Below the pieces are notes generated by a model. It was not told the DNA's origin. It saw nothing but the letters and a program-made list of their open reading frames with translations, and searched no databases. From a virus (Duplodnaviria; Caudoviricetes), in the IMG/VR virus record IMGVR_UViG_3300048847_000024, positions 1 to 52,257 of that record: a DNA stretch of 52,257 nt; one strand, given 5' to 3'. Below, one piece after another: positions 43,115 to 51,688 of this stretch. The translations under genes and the position numbers were made by a program. Every line of letters starts with the position of its first letter. The stretch's first letter is position 1.

Positions 43115-45406
43115 ATGGGCGATATTGCCGAAGGCTTCGCCGCGACATTCGGCGATCACGTTTCGCCGGGCATTCCCGGGAGCGGCGTCAAGCCGGTGAG
43201 CAAAGCGCAAGCTCGTGCTCTCGGGCAGATGATCGAGAACGAACTCGCGTCGAGCGGTGCGTCGCTCGTCTTCTCCGATCCTGAGGAACTGCCGACGGAT
43301 GTCGACTACCGATCCGGGCAGCGGGCCGAGATTAAGAACTCCGGCAATGACGAGATCGACGGCACTTACTCCTACTCGGGCGGCATTGGGGGAACGTGGG
43401 CGCGCATCGGCCCTCCGTCCGGGGTCAACACCGTTGCTGGCAAGGCGGGCGTCGTCACGCTCGATGTGCCGGACGTCGTGGGCCTCCCCGAGGCGCTTAA
43501 CGGCAAGGTGACCATCACGCGTCAGGTGAACGGCGGCGGCTTGGTCACCGGCGGCGGCGGCCTCAACACGGACACGACGCTAACGGTCACACCGGCGAGC
43601 ACTGCTGAAGTCGCGGCTGGAACGGAGGCCGGAAAAGCGGTGACACCCGCGGCGATGAAGCCGCAGGTTGATCGGATCGGCGCCGTCGAGAGAACCGTCT
43701 CTACCAGCGTCATACCCGCGGAACTTCCCTCAGTCACGGACCTCCTGCAGATCCGAGCGAGAGGCCGCGTTCCGTTCTGGGTCACCAATGAAGGTCGCGT
43801 GCCGACGCACGATGTCGGGCGTGGCGTTTGGGACGAGTTGCCGTCCGACGTCTGGCGCGAGGTGATCTACGGTCGCGGCGGCAGAGTCCTCTGGGGCCGC
43901 TATCACGACGGGACGGAATACGTCGCCGGGCTCAGCGACGATGGCGGGGGCGACGACGCCTCGACCCGCTACCTGGTGGACACGGTCGGAGACACGCCGA
44001 ACCGCTATGTCGTCGCGGTCGATCCGGATGGCCACTCGCTCCGCATCTCTCCGCCCGGCGTGGATGCGTTTGCTCCTGTCGCCCAGGAGGACGGAGTGCT
44101 CTACGCCGAGGCCTTCGGCGGCGTGACGACGCGCAGGAAAAGCGTGCTCGACTTCGATGCGGCGCTCTCGACGAGCGTCAACGCGCTGCTTCACATCCCC
44201 GTCCTGGGCCAGTCGCTCTCGCTGGGCCTGACCGAGCCGCCACGCGTCGTCGAGGAGACGCCGGCGACGATCCCGGGCCGGACCGTGATCTTCAACGGCG
44301 GCATCAGGACCCTTGGCAACTCGATGAACGCCGGGTTGCTGGACACGCCGCTTTCGCTCGATCTGATCAGAGACCTCGTGCCGATGGTCGAGCGCCTCGA
44401 TCAGGGTGGCGGCGAGACGCCCTGGAGCCGATGCGCTCGCGGCGTCGCGCTGGCGCAAGGGGCGACCAAGGGCGTTCTGCCCTCCTGCCACGGCATCTCC
44501 GGCCAGAAGTACGAGAAGTACAGGAAGGGCACGGTGCAGTGGGCCAACATGATCCGGGCCGTCCAGCGCGCCAAGACGATGATGCAGCGGCTCGGTCTGG
44601 CCTACAGCGTACCGGCGCTGTGCATGATCAACGGCGAGGCCGATCGGGAAGACTCGCTCGCCGTGTTCAGGGCGAAACTGGACGAGCTCGCCGCCGACAT
44701 GCAGGACCTGGCGGCGATCTCGGGCCAGAGCGACCCGGTCAAGCTGTTCGTCTGCCAGATGTCGTCATGGACGGCCGTCCGTTGGCTCTCCGACGGCGAT
44801 TACCACAACGCCAACGAGGTTCCGCTCGCCCAGCTCCAGGCTGGGCTGGAGAACCCCAACGTCCGGTGCGTCGGGCCGAAGTATCACCTGCCGCACGCGC
44901 CGGAGGGCATCCACCTCTCATCGCCGCGCAGCTATGCGGTGCATGGCGAGTATTACGGCCGCGCCATCGCGCAAGAGCTCGCAGGGACGCCATGGAAGCC
45001 GCTTCACCCGGTGTCGGTCACCTGGAACGGCGCCGTGGCGACAATCCAGTGCCACGTCCCCGACGGCGTGCTGGCGATCGACACCATCCGGGTCAGCGAT
45101 CCCGGCCATTACGGGCTCACCTATCTGCAGACCGGGGGCGGGACGCCTCCGGCCATCTCAAGCGTTGCGCTCGGCGGCGACGGAACGTCGATCGGGGTGA
45201 CGATGTCGGGCGCGCCGACCGGGGCGCAGCCGGGGTTCGGTCTCGGCGCGTTCGGAGCGGTCGCTGACAAGGACAACGGCCCCGCGCTCAATGGCGGCCC
45301 GACCACCGGTCCCCGTACTTGCTTCCGCGACACCTCCGCCGACCTCAGCGAGTTCGGCGGCAATCTCTACAACTGGATGTGCCATTCAATCGTGAGGGCT
45401 GCCTGA
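43115..45406 (+). CDS. Tail spike / receptor-binding protein with an SGNH (O-acetylesterase-like) domain
   Basis: VNTVAGKAG.V.L fibre repeat; SGNH blocks GQS, GISG, NGEAD, GIHL. Confidence 0.75.
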   Translation: MGDIAEGFAATFGDHVSPGIPGSGVKPVSKAQARALGQMIENELASSGASLVFSDPEELPTDVDYRSGQRAEIKNSGNDEIDGTYSYSGGIGGTWARIGPPSGVNTVAGKAGVVTLDVPDVVGLPEALNGKVTITRQVNGGGLVTGGGGLNTDTTLTVTPASTAEVAAGTEAGKAVTPAAMKPQVDRIGAVERTVSTSVIPAELPSVTDLLQIRARGRVPFWVTNEGRVPTHDVGRGVWDELPSDVWREVIYGRGGRVLWGRYHDGTEYVAGLSDDGGGDDASTRYLVDTVGDTPNRYVVAVDPDGHSLRISPPGVDAFAPVAQEDGVLYAEAFGGVTTRRKSVLDFDAALSTSVNALLHIPVLGQSLSLGLTEPPRVVEETPATIPGRTVIFNGGIRTLGNSMNAGLLDTPLSLDLIRDLVPMVERLDQGGGETPWSRCARGVALAQGATKGVLPSCHGISGQKYEKYRKGTVQWANMIRAVQRAKTMMQRLGLAYSVPALCMINGEADREDSLAVFRAKLDELAADMQDLAAISGQSDPVKLFVCQMSSWTAVRWLSDGDYHNANEVPLAQLQAGLENPNVRCVGPKYHLPHAPEGIHLSSPRSYAVHGEYYGRAIAQELAGTPWKPLHPVSVTWNGAVATIQCHVPDGVLAIDTIRVSDPGHYGLTYLQTGGGTPPAISSVALGGDGTSIGVTMSGAPTGAQPGFGLGAFGAVADKDNGPALNGGPTTGPRTCFRDTSADLSEFGGNLYNWMCHSIVRAA

Positions 45407-46206
45407 TGCTATCGCTCGAAACCAACGTCGACCTGGGCAAGAACTCGCTCGCCCCGATCGTGAACATCTCGCAGTGGGATCGCGACCTCGCGCCCTTCAT
45501 GAAGTACCTGCTCTATTACGTCGACCCGGCCCGGGCGCCGGCCAATACGCCGCCGTTGGCGATGCGCGACGCCCGCTCGGGCCTGCCCATCATCGGGGCG
45601 TCGAGCGTCGGCCCGAACAAGACGGCTTCCGATCCGCTCTTCAATGGTCGCGCTACTCTCGATTTTACCGACGGGGCCGACGACAACGTTCGGATCAAGG
45701 GCTCGACACCCATCGACGACATCACGGTAATCGCCGTTGCGACACGGCCTGCGACCACCGGCGTCCTGCTCTCATCATCCTTGCTTCCCGGCAGCACCTA
45801 CACTGACATCGTTCGGACGATCGGGAGCGACACGCACCTGTCTTACGGCGCCGCCTCGAATTCGAGCCTGGAGAGCAACATGATCCCGACTGCTGGGCTG
45901 CCGTCGCGTGACGCGCCCGCGGTCTACATGATCTCCTATCGCGAGGCGGTGAAGACGTCCCGTTGGTACGTCAACGATCCCGCCACGACCAAGGGGGAGT
46001 TCGTGCACCCCACGCCGAAGTCGGGCGGCGCCGACAGGAAGAACGCGGAGTATTGCATCGGCGGCATAGGCACCTCTGGCACGCTCTCCTGGACCGCCAA
46101 GGTGGGCGAGATGTTCGTCTTCTCGGTCCCGATGCACCTGGCGGAATACGACGCGCCACGCACCGCCTTCATGGCGATGCTGAAGAGCCGTTACGGCATC
46201 GTTTGA
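45406..46206 (+). CDS. LamG/ConA-like accessory tail protein
   Basis: TGATG coupling; IG...W...VGE...F, L..RYGI C-terminus. Confidence 0.65.
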   Translation: MLSLETNVDLGKNSLAPIVNISQWDRDLAPFMKYLLYYVDPARAPANTPPLAMRDARSGLPIIGASSVGPNKTASDPLFNGRATLDFTDGADDNVRIKGSTPIDDITVIAVATRPATTGVLLSSSLLPGSTYTDIVRTIGSDTHLSYGAASNSSLESNMIPTAGLPSRDAPAVYMISYREAVKTSRWYVNDPATTKGEFVHPTPKSGGADRKNAEYCIGGIGTSGTLSWTAKVGEMFVFSVPMHLAEYDAPRTAFMAMLKSRYGIV

Positions 46207-46213
46207 TCGAGCC

Positions 46214-46465
46214 CTACGACGAGCGGGTGGACGACTGGCCGCCCGTCCTCGACGTCGCCTGCTGAGCGTCCCGCTCGTCCTTGTCCGCCTGCAGCTTCAG
46301 GAGGCTTTCCTGTTGGCCCCTCAGGACGTGGCACAGCAGCGTGATGTCCGCTCCGCTGGCGAGCCGCTCCGAGATCTGGTCGAGCGTGCGAAGCAGCGCG
46401 CGCTCCACAAGGTGGATGCGGCCATCGACGTCGGTCGGATCGAAGTGATCATCCGCTCCGCTCAT
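46214..46465 (-). CDS. Hypothetical protein
   Basis: Helical protein-like sequence. Confidence 0.5.
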   Translation of the reverse strand: MSGADDHFDPTDVDGRIHLVERALLRTLDQISERLASGADITLLCHVLRGQQESLLKLQADKDERDAQQATSRTGGQSSTRSS

Positions 46466-46558
46466 GCGCGGCCAAACGGCTGACGCCGACCATTGTTCTC
46501 CGTGATGGCGCCCCGATGAGATACGATCGGGCTCGCGCTCTACACCTATGAGGTGGCC

Positions 46559-47383
46559 TCATCGGTCGAGCTCCGCCGCGGCCAGTTCAGCAACGTGAAG
46601 ATCAATCTTTGCTAGCGGGTCGCCGTCGCCGAGGAACCACGCAGCCGAGAGCCCGGTCCAGGCGAGGATCCATTGAAGAAGGCGCGCTCGCTCCATGCCT
46701 GCCGCCTCGACGACGACATTCAATCGTCGAGCGAAACGGCCGGGTTGGGTTGAGACTGGCCGCGTCGGGTCGGCCAAGTCAGGGTTTGTGAAAATGTTAG
46801 CGAAATCGAAGCCCCGTTCCCCGACGAGACGCTTGGGGTCGATTGCCAGCCAGCCACGCGAGCCAAAGTCGAGAACGTTGTCGTGATGCAGGTCGCCATG
46901 CAGCACGCAGATCTCGCGAGGTTCGGCGAAGAGGGCTCGAGCCGTCTGGGCGGAGCGTTTAAGGATACCGCCGTGGTTCGCAGCCGCTGGCTCCAGTTCA
47001 CGGAACCATTCCTTCAGAGGAACGAGATCCGGAACCGGCTTTCTCCGGGGAGCGTGTAAGCGGGCGGCGGCGGCGCAAAGGATGTTGCATGCTTCGTCAT
47101 CGCGCCCGGTCCGAGCCATCTCAGCCAACGAAGATGTTCCAGTGGCCCGCTCCATAAGGAGAGCCGCATCGTCGCGCGCTAGAACGCGCGCTGCACCCTC
47201 GCCGCTCCACCACTCCAGCAATATGCCGCCCTGCCGTTCGTCCTCCTCGATGGACAGCTTCAGCATCGCGGGTTCACCTCGCCACCGCACCGGCAGAAGC
47301 GAGGCAGCTCGGGTGGTGAGAGGGTCACCGTCGGGAACGAGATCCCAGCGATTCAGATAGTCGTCGAACATGGGCCGGCTCAT
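46559..47383 (-). CDS. APH(6)-family aminoglycoside phosphotransferase (StrB-like)
   Basis: AMLK, LLMERA, LHGDLHHDNVLD, WLAIDPK, GE.GFDFAN, GLSAAW. Confidence 0.9.
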   Translation of the reverse strand: MSRPMFDDYLNRWDLVPDGDPLTTRAASLLPVRWRGEPAMLKLSIEEDERQGGILLEWWSGEGAARVLARDDAALLMERATGTSSLAEMARTGRDDEACNILCAAAARLHAPRRKPVPDLVPLKEWFRELEPAAANHGGILKRSAQTARALFAEPREICVLHGDLHHDNVLDFGSRGWLAIDPKRLVGERGFDFANIFTNPDLADPTRPVSTQPGRFARRLNVVVEAAGMERARLLQWILAWTGLSAAWFLGDGDPLAKIDLHVAELAAAELDR

Positions 47384-47521
47384 ACAGCCACGGCGTGGCG
47401 ACCGCCAGACGACTCGATCTGAAAGAAGACGTCGTTATCGCGTCCGCGAACGGGTCCCCCGTGGCGATCATCCGCTTCGCTCGTAAGGCCGCCTGACGAC
47501 CTACGCAGCCTCGTCTCCCCC

Positions 47522-47548
47522 AGCCCAGCCTCGCGCTGGGCTTTTTTT
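47522..47548 (+). terminator. Intrinsic terminator before the lysis cassette
   Basis: AGCCCAGC/GCTGGGCT stem followed by a T run. Confidence 0.75.
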
Positions 47549-47566
47549 ATGCCCGGAGAACATCCC

Positions 47567-48310
47567 ATGAAGACGCTGGAGTATCAGCGGCTGCTGAAGG
47601 CGCTCGGCTTCAATCTCGGCACGTCCGGCCCAGCCGGCGACGGGATCGACGGCAAGCACGGCGATCTCACGGACGACGCGGTGCGCGCCTTCCAGGCGGC
47701 GAACGGCCTCGTCGTCGACGGCAAGGTCGGCAAGAACACCGGGCCGGCGCTGAAGCAGGCGGCGACGCCGGCGAAGCCCGGCCAGCCCGAGCCCGACAAG
47801 TCAGCCATGGCCGGGCCGGTCCCGGCCGTCGCCGCGGAGCTTGCGACCGCCGCGCCGCCGCCGAACAGGCCGGTCCTGCTCTCGACCGCGCGCTCGATCG
47901 ACGAACTGATCTGGCACTGCGCGGCCACCCCGGAGGGCAAGGATTTCACGGTCGCCGACATCCGCGCCTGGCACAAGCAGAGGGGCTGGAGCGACATCGG
48001 CTATCACTTCATCGTCTACCGCGACGGCCGCATCATGGCCGGCCGGCCGATCGGCCAGATCGGCGCCCACGTCACCGGACACAACACGGGGACGATCGGC
48101 TGTTGCTACGTCGGCGGCGTTTCCAAGGACGGGAAAGCCGCCAAGGACACCCGCACCGCGGCGCAGCGCGCCTCGATGCTGTGGCTGACGCGCGAGCTGA
48201 TCGCGAAGTTCCCCGGGATCCGGAAGGTCTCCGGCCACAATCAGTACGCCGCCAAGGCGTGCCCGTCCTTCGACGTGCGCCGCGACGCGCTGGGTCGCCT
48301 CGCGGCCTGA
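47567..48310 (+). CDS. Endolysin: peptidoglycan-binding domain plus T7-like N-acetylmuramoyl-L-alanine amidase
   Basis: DG..G..T..AV.AFQ..NGL.VDG.VG; WHCAAT, IGYHF, GAH..GHN, GH, KACP.F. Confidence 0.93.
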   Translation: MKTLEYQRLLKALGFNLGTSGPAGDGIDGKHGDLTDDAVRAFQAANGLVVDGKVGKNTGPALKQAATPAKPGQPEPDKSAMAGPVPAVAAELATAAPPPNRPVLLSTARSIDELIWHCAATPEGKDFTVADIRAWHKQRGWSDIGYHFIVYRDGRIMAGRPIGQIGAHVTGHNTGTIGCCYVGGVSKDGKAAKDTRTAAQRASMLWLTRELIAKFPGIRKVSGHNQYAAKACPSFDVRRDALGRLAA

Positions 48311-48320
48311 TCGGCAGGCG

Positions 48321-48539
48321 TCAGACCGACCTGGCCGACAGATCCGGGATGTCGGCAAGCTCCGAAGCAAAGTCGTCGTTCTCCGCCCAGACCGGTTCGC
48401 CTGTAAGGCTGATGGCGTGATCTTCGCCGCCAGCCCGCGCGGCCGTCGCGAGGCGGTACGTGGTCCCCATGAACAGGAAATAGCCTCCGGCGCGGGCGAC
48501 CGCGTTCCAGCAATCCTGTGAGACGACCAGTTCGAGCAT
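48321..48539 (-). CDS. Hypothetical protein
   Basis: GGGGAG RBS before ATG 48539. Confidence 0.5.
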   Translation of the reverse strand: MLELVVSQDCWNAVARAGGYFLFMGTTYRLATAARAGGEDHAISLTGEPVWAENDDFASELADIPDLSARSV

Positions 48540-48775
48540 CACGCTCCCCGCGTCGTTATCAGCGTCCGCCGAACATTCCCTTTGGCTGCACGTAAATTGC
48601 GCGCCGCAGTAGCGGCTCAAGTCACCTGCGGCAATCCGTTCCGAAGCCGGCTGCCCACCTCGTCCCGCGCCATTGCCGGTCGCGGGCCGCCGGATGGCGC
48701 CGACGCGCCCAGCCCGTCTCCCACCCACACAACCAACCGGCGCGCCTGTAGCGGCGCCCTCACGGAGCCTGAGCC

Positions 48776-49192
48776 ATGGAATTCCTGAACGACGTCTGGA
48801 CCGGGCTACGGCCCTACGCTGTCGAAGCCGCCGTCGCGATCGGCGCCGGCGTCATCACCATTGTCTCGGCATGGATCGCGCAGCGCGGCGCGGCCGCGCT
48901 CAAGGCGATCAAGAACGAAAAGCAGGCGATGAGCCTCTACCGCACGATCGGAAACGTCCTGACCTCGATTGTCGCTACCCGCCTGGCAGGGGAGGGCGCC
49001 GAGGTCCTGAAGGGCGTTCCCGGCGGCATCGTCGCCGATGCGATCAAGCTTGTGAAGGCGCAGAACCCCGAATCCGTGTCGGGCCTCCGCCAGACCGACG
49101 CGATGCTCAAGACGAAGGTGATCGCCAAGCTGCCGGAGGTCCAGGCCTCCGTCGCGGAGGCTGCCGCCAAGGTGCAGAGCGTGGCCTCGTAA
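48776..49192 (+). CDS. Holin-like membrane protein
   Basis: Single N-terminal TM segment followed by helices; downstream of the endolysin. Confidence 0.6.
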   Translation: MEFLNDVWTGLRPYAVEAAVAIGAGVITIVSAWIAQRGAAALKAIKNEKQAMSLYRTIGNVLTSIVATRLAGEGAEVLKGVPGGIVADAIKLVKAQNPESVSGLRQTDAMLKTKVIAKLPEVQASVAEAAAKVQSVAS

Positions 49193-49196
49193 CGAT

Positions 49197-49934
49197 ATGC
49201 CGAACGGTGATCTCAGCGAGATGAAGACGGGGCAGAGCCGGCGCGAAAGCCCCATCTCCGCCGCCGGCATGCTCTACGGCCCTCGCGATCTCGCGAACGC
49301 ACTGCGCGAGCTGGGGCTCGACTCGCCGCCGGCGGAGAAGTCGAAGCTGACGATGGCCGCGATCATCCTGGCGGCGATCTCGCCGATCCTGACCATCCTC
49401 GGCGGCGGCTACTTCATGACGTCGTTCTGGCGCGGCGAGGACGAGCGGGCGCGAGCGGCCACGACGGTCACGCTCAGGCTCGAGGTCGGGGAAAAGGAGA
49501 GGGCCGAACTCCGCTACGCCAACGATCAGCTGCGAGGCCGCGTCGAGGGGATCGAAAAGGACCGCGCCGCGCGCATCGCCGCATGGGAGACCCGCGTCGA
49601 CAAGCTCGAGCAATCGGTCCGCCGGCTCGACCTGGTCGAGGACGGCGTCACCCGGCAGGGCAAGACCCTCGAGGCCTTCGGAGAGAAGCTGTCATCCGGC
49701 AAGGAAGACCGGGTTCGTGACATCAACAGCCTCACCGAGGCGCAGACCGCCATCCGGCTGGAGCTGAACGGCGTAAAGGTCGAGCTCGGCTTCATCCGGC
49801 GCGCGCTGGAGGCGCGAGGGCGAACCCCTGATAGCCCTTTTGGCGAGAACCAGGCGCTCCCGTGGAACGGACGCCTCCCGCCCTACGGCCTGAGAGCAAG
49901 CCTCGACGCGACCAGCGTGGGCGGTGAGCCGTGA
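49197..49934 (+). CDS. TM plus coiled-coil lysis-cassette protein
   Basis: TM segment AAIILAAISPILTILGGGYF followed by long heptad repeats. Confidence 0.6.
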   Translation: MPNGDLSEMKTGQSRRESPISAAGMLYGPRDLANALRELGLDSPPAEKSKLTMAAIILAAISPILTILGGGYFMTSFWRGEDERARAATTVTLRLEVGEKERAELRYANDQLRGRVEGIEKDRAARIAAWETRVDKLEQSVRRLDLVEDGVTRQGKTLEAFGEKLSSGKEDRVRDINSLTEAQTAIRLELNGVKVELGFIRRALEARGRTPDSPFGENQALPWNGRLPPYGLRASLDATSVGGEP

Positions 49935-50120
49935 ACCTTTGAGGGGGCCCCCAATTAGCGGGGAGTCATGTTGCATCGTCCTCGGCACATGCGCGGGCCC
50001 GTCAGGGGAGTGGCTCGGCGAAGTTCTAGAACGTATAGTTAACGAGTCGCGTCCCCTGCACCGGTTCACGGTCGGATCGGAAAACCTGCTTCTGCAGAAC
50101 CTCAGGGTCTGAGTAGCCTT

Positions 50121-51173
50121 ATGTTCAAGACAAAGACAGTTTTCGTTCTAGGTGCAGGTGCAAGCGCCGAAGCTAGAATGCCGCTCGGATGGGAATTACT
50201 GGAAGATGTAAAGGCACGTCTCGACTACCGGTTTGAGCATCACAGGCGGATATCAGGTGATAACGATCTTCTTGAAGCTATAAAGGACCATTGGGGTCGA
50301 ACTAACTATCCTCTGTATAATAGATACATACTTGAGGGTCATAAGATAGTAGGCGGGGCAACCCACGCGGTATCGTTAGACGACCTATTGTATTCAATCC
50401 AAACTCCAGAAGCGACATGGATGGGAAAGCTCGCCATTGTTAGAGCCATCCACCAAGCCGAAGCGAAGTCCCTATGTAGCTTCAATTCTGATAGAGATGA
50501 TATACGAAAAAATCTGCATTCCCTCCGAAACACGTGGTATCATTTCTTCTTCCAAATCGTCGCAGAGGGGCGGCAATCGACAGATCGTTTCAGGTTGTTT
50601 GAAGGCGTTTCTTTTATCAACTTCAACTATGATCGCACTCTAGAAAATTATCTTACACACGCAGTTCAAAATCATTACTCCCTCTCGGCAGCAGCCGCTC
50701 GCGAAGTTGCAGCAACCGTAAAAGTAATTCGCCCGTATGGGATGGTGGGGAAGCTGCCGTGGATGCCTCTTGATGCGTGCGCTGCCGAATTCGGGTGCGC
50801 ATCAGCGGGGACGGCTCTAGAAGCTTTTGAAAATGTTCGGACGTATACAGAGCAGCTGGAGGACAGTGACGCAGCCCTGCTCTCCATAAGAGAGGAGCTC
50901 CAGGCGGCTGGTCGCATTGTATTTCTAGGGTTCGCCTTTCATCGTCAAAATTTGGAAATACTAAAGGCAATTATCCCGGAGACGGCTGATATCGTCGGTA
51001 CTGCCATGGGTTTTTCTTTGCCCGACAAGTTAGTACTGGTTGACGAACTTTGTAGTTGTTTTGGATTGCCCGAGGCTAGTGCAATGCGATTGGAGCCTGT
51101 TACCTGCGCCAACTTCATGGCACAGAATGCAAGGGTTCTTACTTCGACTCCTTCTCAGCGAAAGGTTCAATAA
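50121..51173 (+). CDS. SIR2-like (sirtuin-fold) protein; putative NADase anti-phage effector
   Basis: VFVLGAGAS...P, INFNYD, V...(P)YG..G, IVFLGFAF...N; low GC. Confidence 0.82.
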   Translation: MFKTKTVFVLGAGASAEARMPLGWELLEDVKARLDYRFEHHRRISGDNDLLEAIKDHWGRTNYPLYNRYILEGHKIVGGATHAVSLDDLLYSIQTPEATWMGKLAIVRAIHQAEAKSLCSFNSDRDDIRKNLHSLRNTWYHFFFQIVAEGRQSTDRFRLFEGVSFINFNYDRTLENYLTHAVQNHYSLSAAAAREVAATVKVIRPYGMVGKLPWMPLDACAAEFGCASAGTALEAFENVRTYTEQLEDSDAALLSIREELQAAGRIVFLGFAFHRQNLEILKAIIPETADIVGTAMGFSLPDKLVLVDELCSCFGLPEASAMRLEPVTCANFMAQNARVLTSTPSQRKVQ

Positions 51174-51421
51174 CCAAGAAAGTGCATCAAGCTTGATGAC
51201 GCCGCCCTTTCACCATGGGGCCGATGCCGCGCGGTTTGACGCCGGCGATTGAGCTGGAGGAGTAGCTCCCTGTTGTAACGGCTCCTCCTGCCGCCTGATC
51301 TCCTCTTCGGCGAAGCGAGCCATCTCAGCGGCGACATCGTCGAAGCTGGGACAGTCGGCCGGAACCTGCAGCTGCGCCAGCGGCTGCCTGGCGTTCAGCG
51401 AACGTGGTCGCCGTCGCTCGT

Positions 51422-51436
51422 GTTCTTTTTTTGTTC
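51422..51436 (+). promoter_or_regulatory. Alphaproteobacterial LexA box GTTC-N7-GTTC
   Basis: GTTCtttttttGTTC, an exact match upstream of 51473. Confidence 0.85.
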
Positions 51437-51472
51437 TCATGGATTCAATCCCTCTCGGAAGAGGAGGACGCC

Positions 51473-51688
51473 ATGCGGGACGCGGCCGAAGAGCTGTTCG
51501 AGGATGAGAGCGTAGCGGCCGAAGAGGGAGCCGTCGAGGCGTTGATCAGGAGCGCCCACGGCGATCCCCGCCGCGCGATTCTCTCGCTGCTGACCAAGAT
51601 CGAGGAGCTCGGCCAGGCGCTGGCCTCGGCCGAGGGGGCGGCCTCGCGCGGCTTCCGCCGCCTGCAGCAGCCGCCGCGGCAGACGTGA
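51473..51688 (+). CDS. Probable SOS-induced small protein
   Basis: GAGGAGG RBS; HGDPR.AI..LL...SRGF.R. Confidence 0.7.
   Translation: MRDAAEELFEDESVAAEEGAVEALIRSAHGDPRRAILSLLTKIEELGQALASAEGAASRGFRRLQQPPRQT

Noticed and set aside
51210-51440. Minus-strand ORF starting MRTKKEH, and the MRTNDEH extension at 10844
   Set aside because: Both starts are translations of the LexA box sequence itself, so they are likely artefacts.
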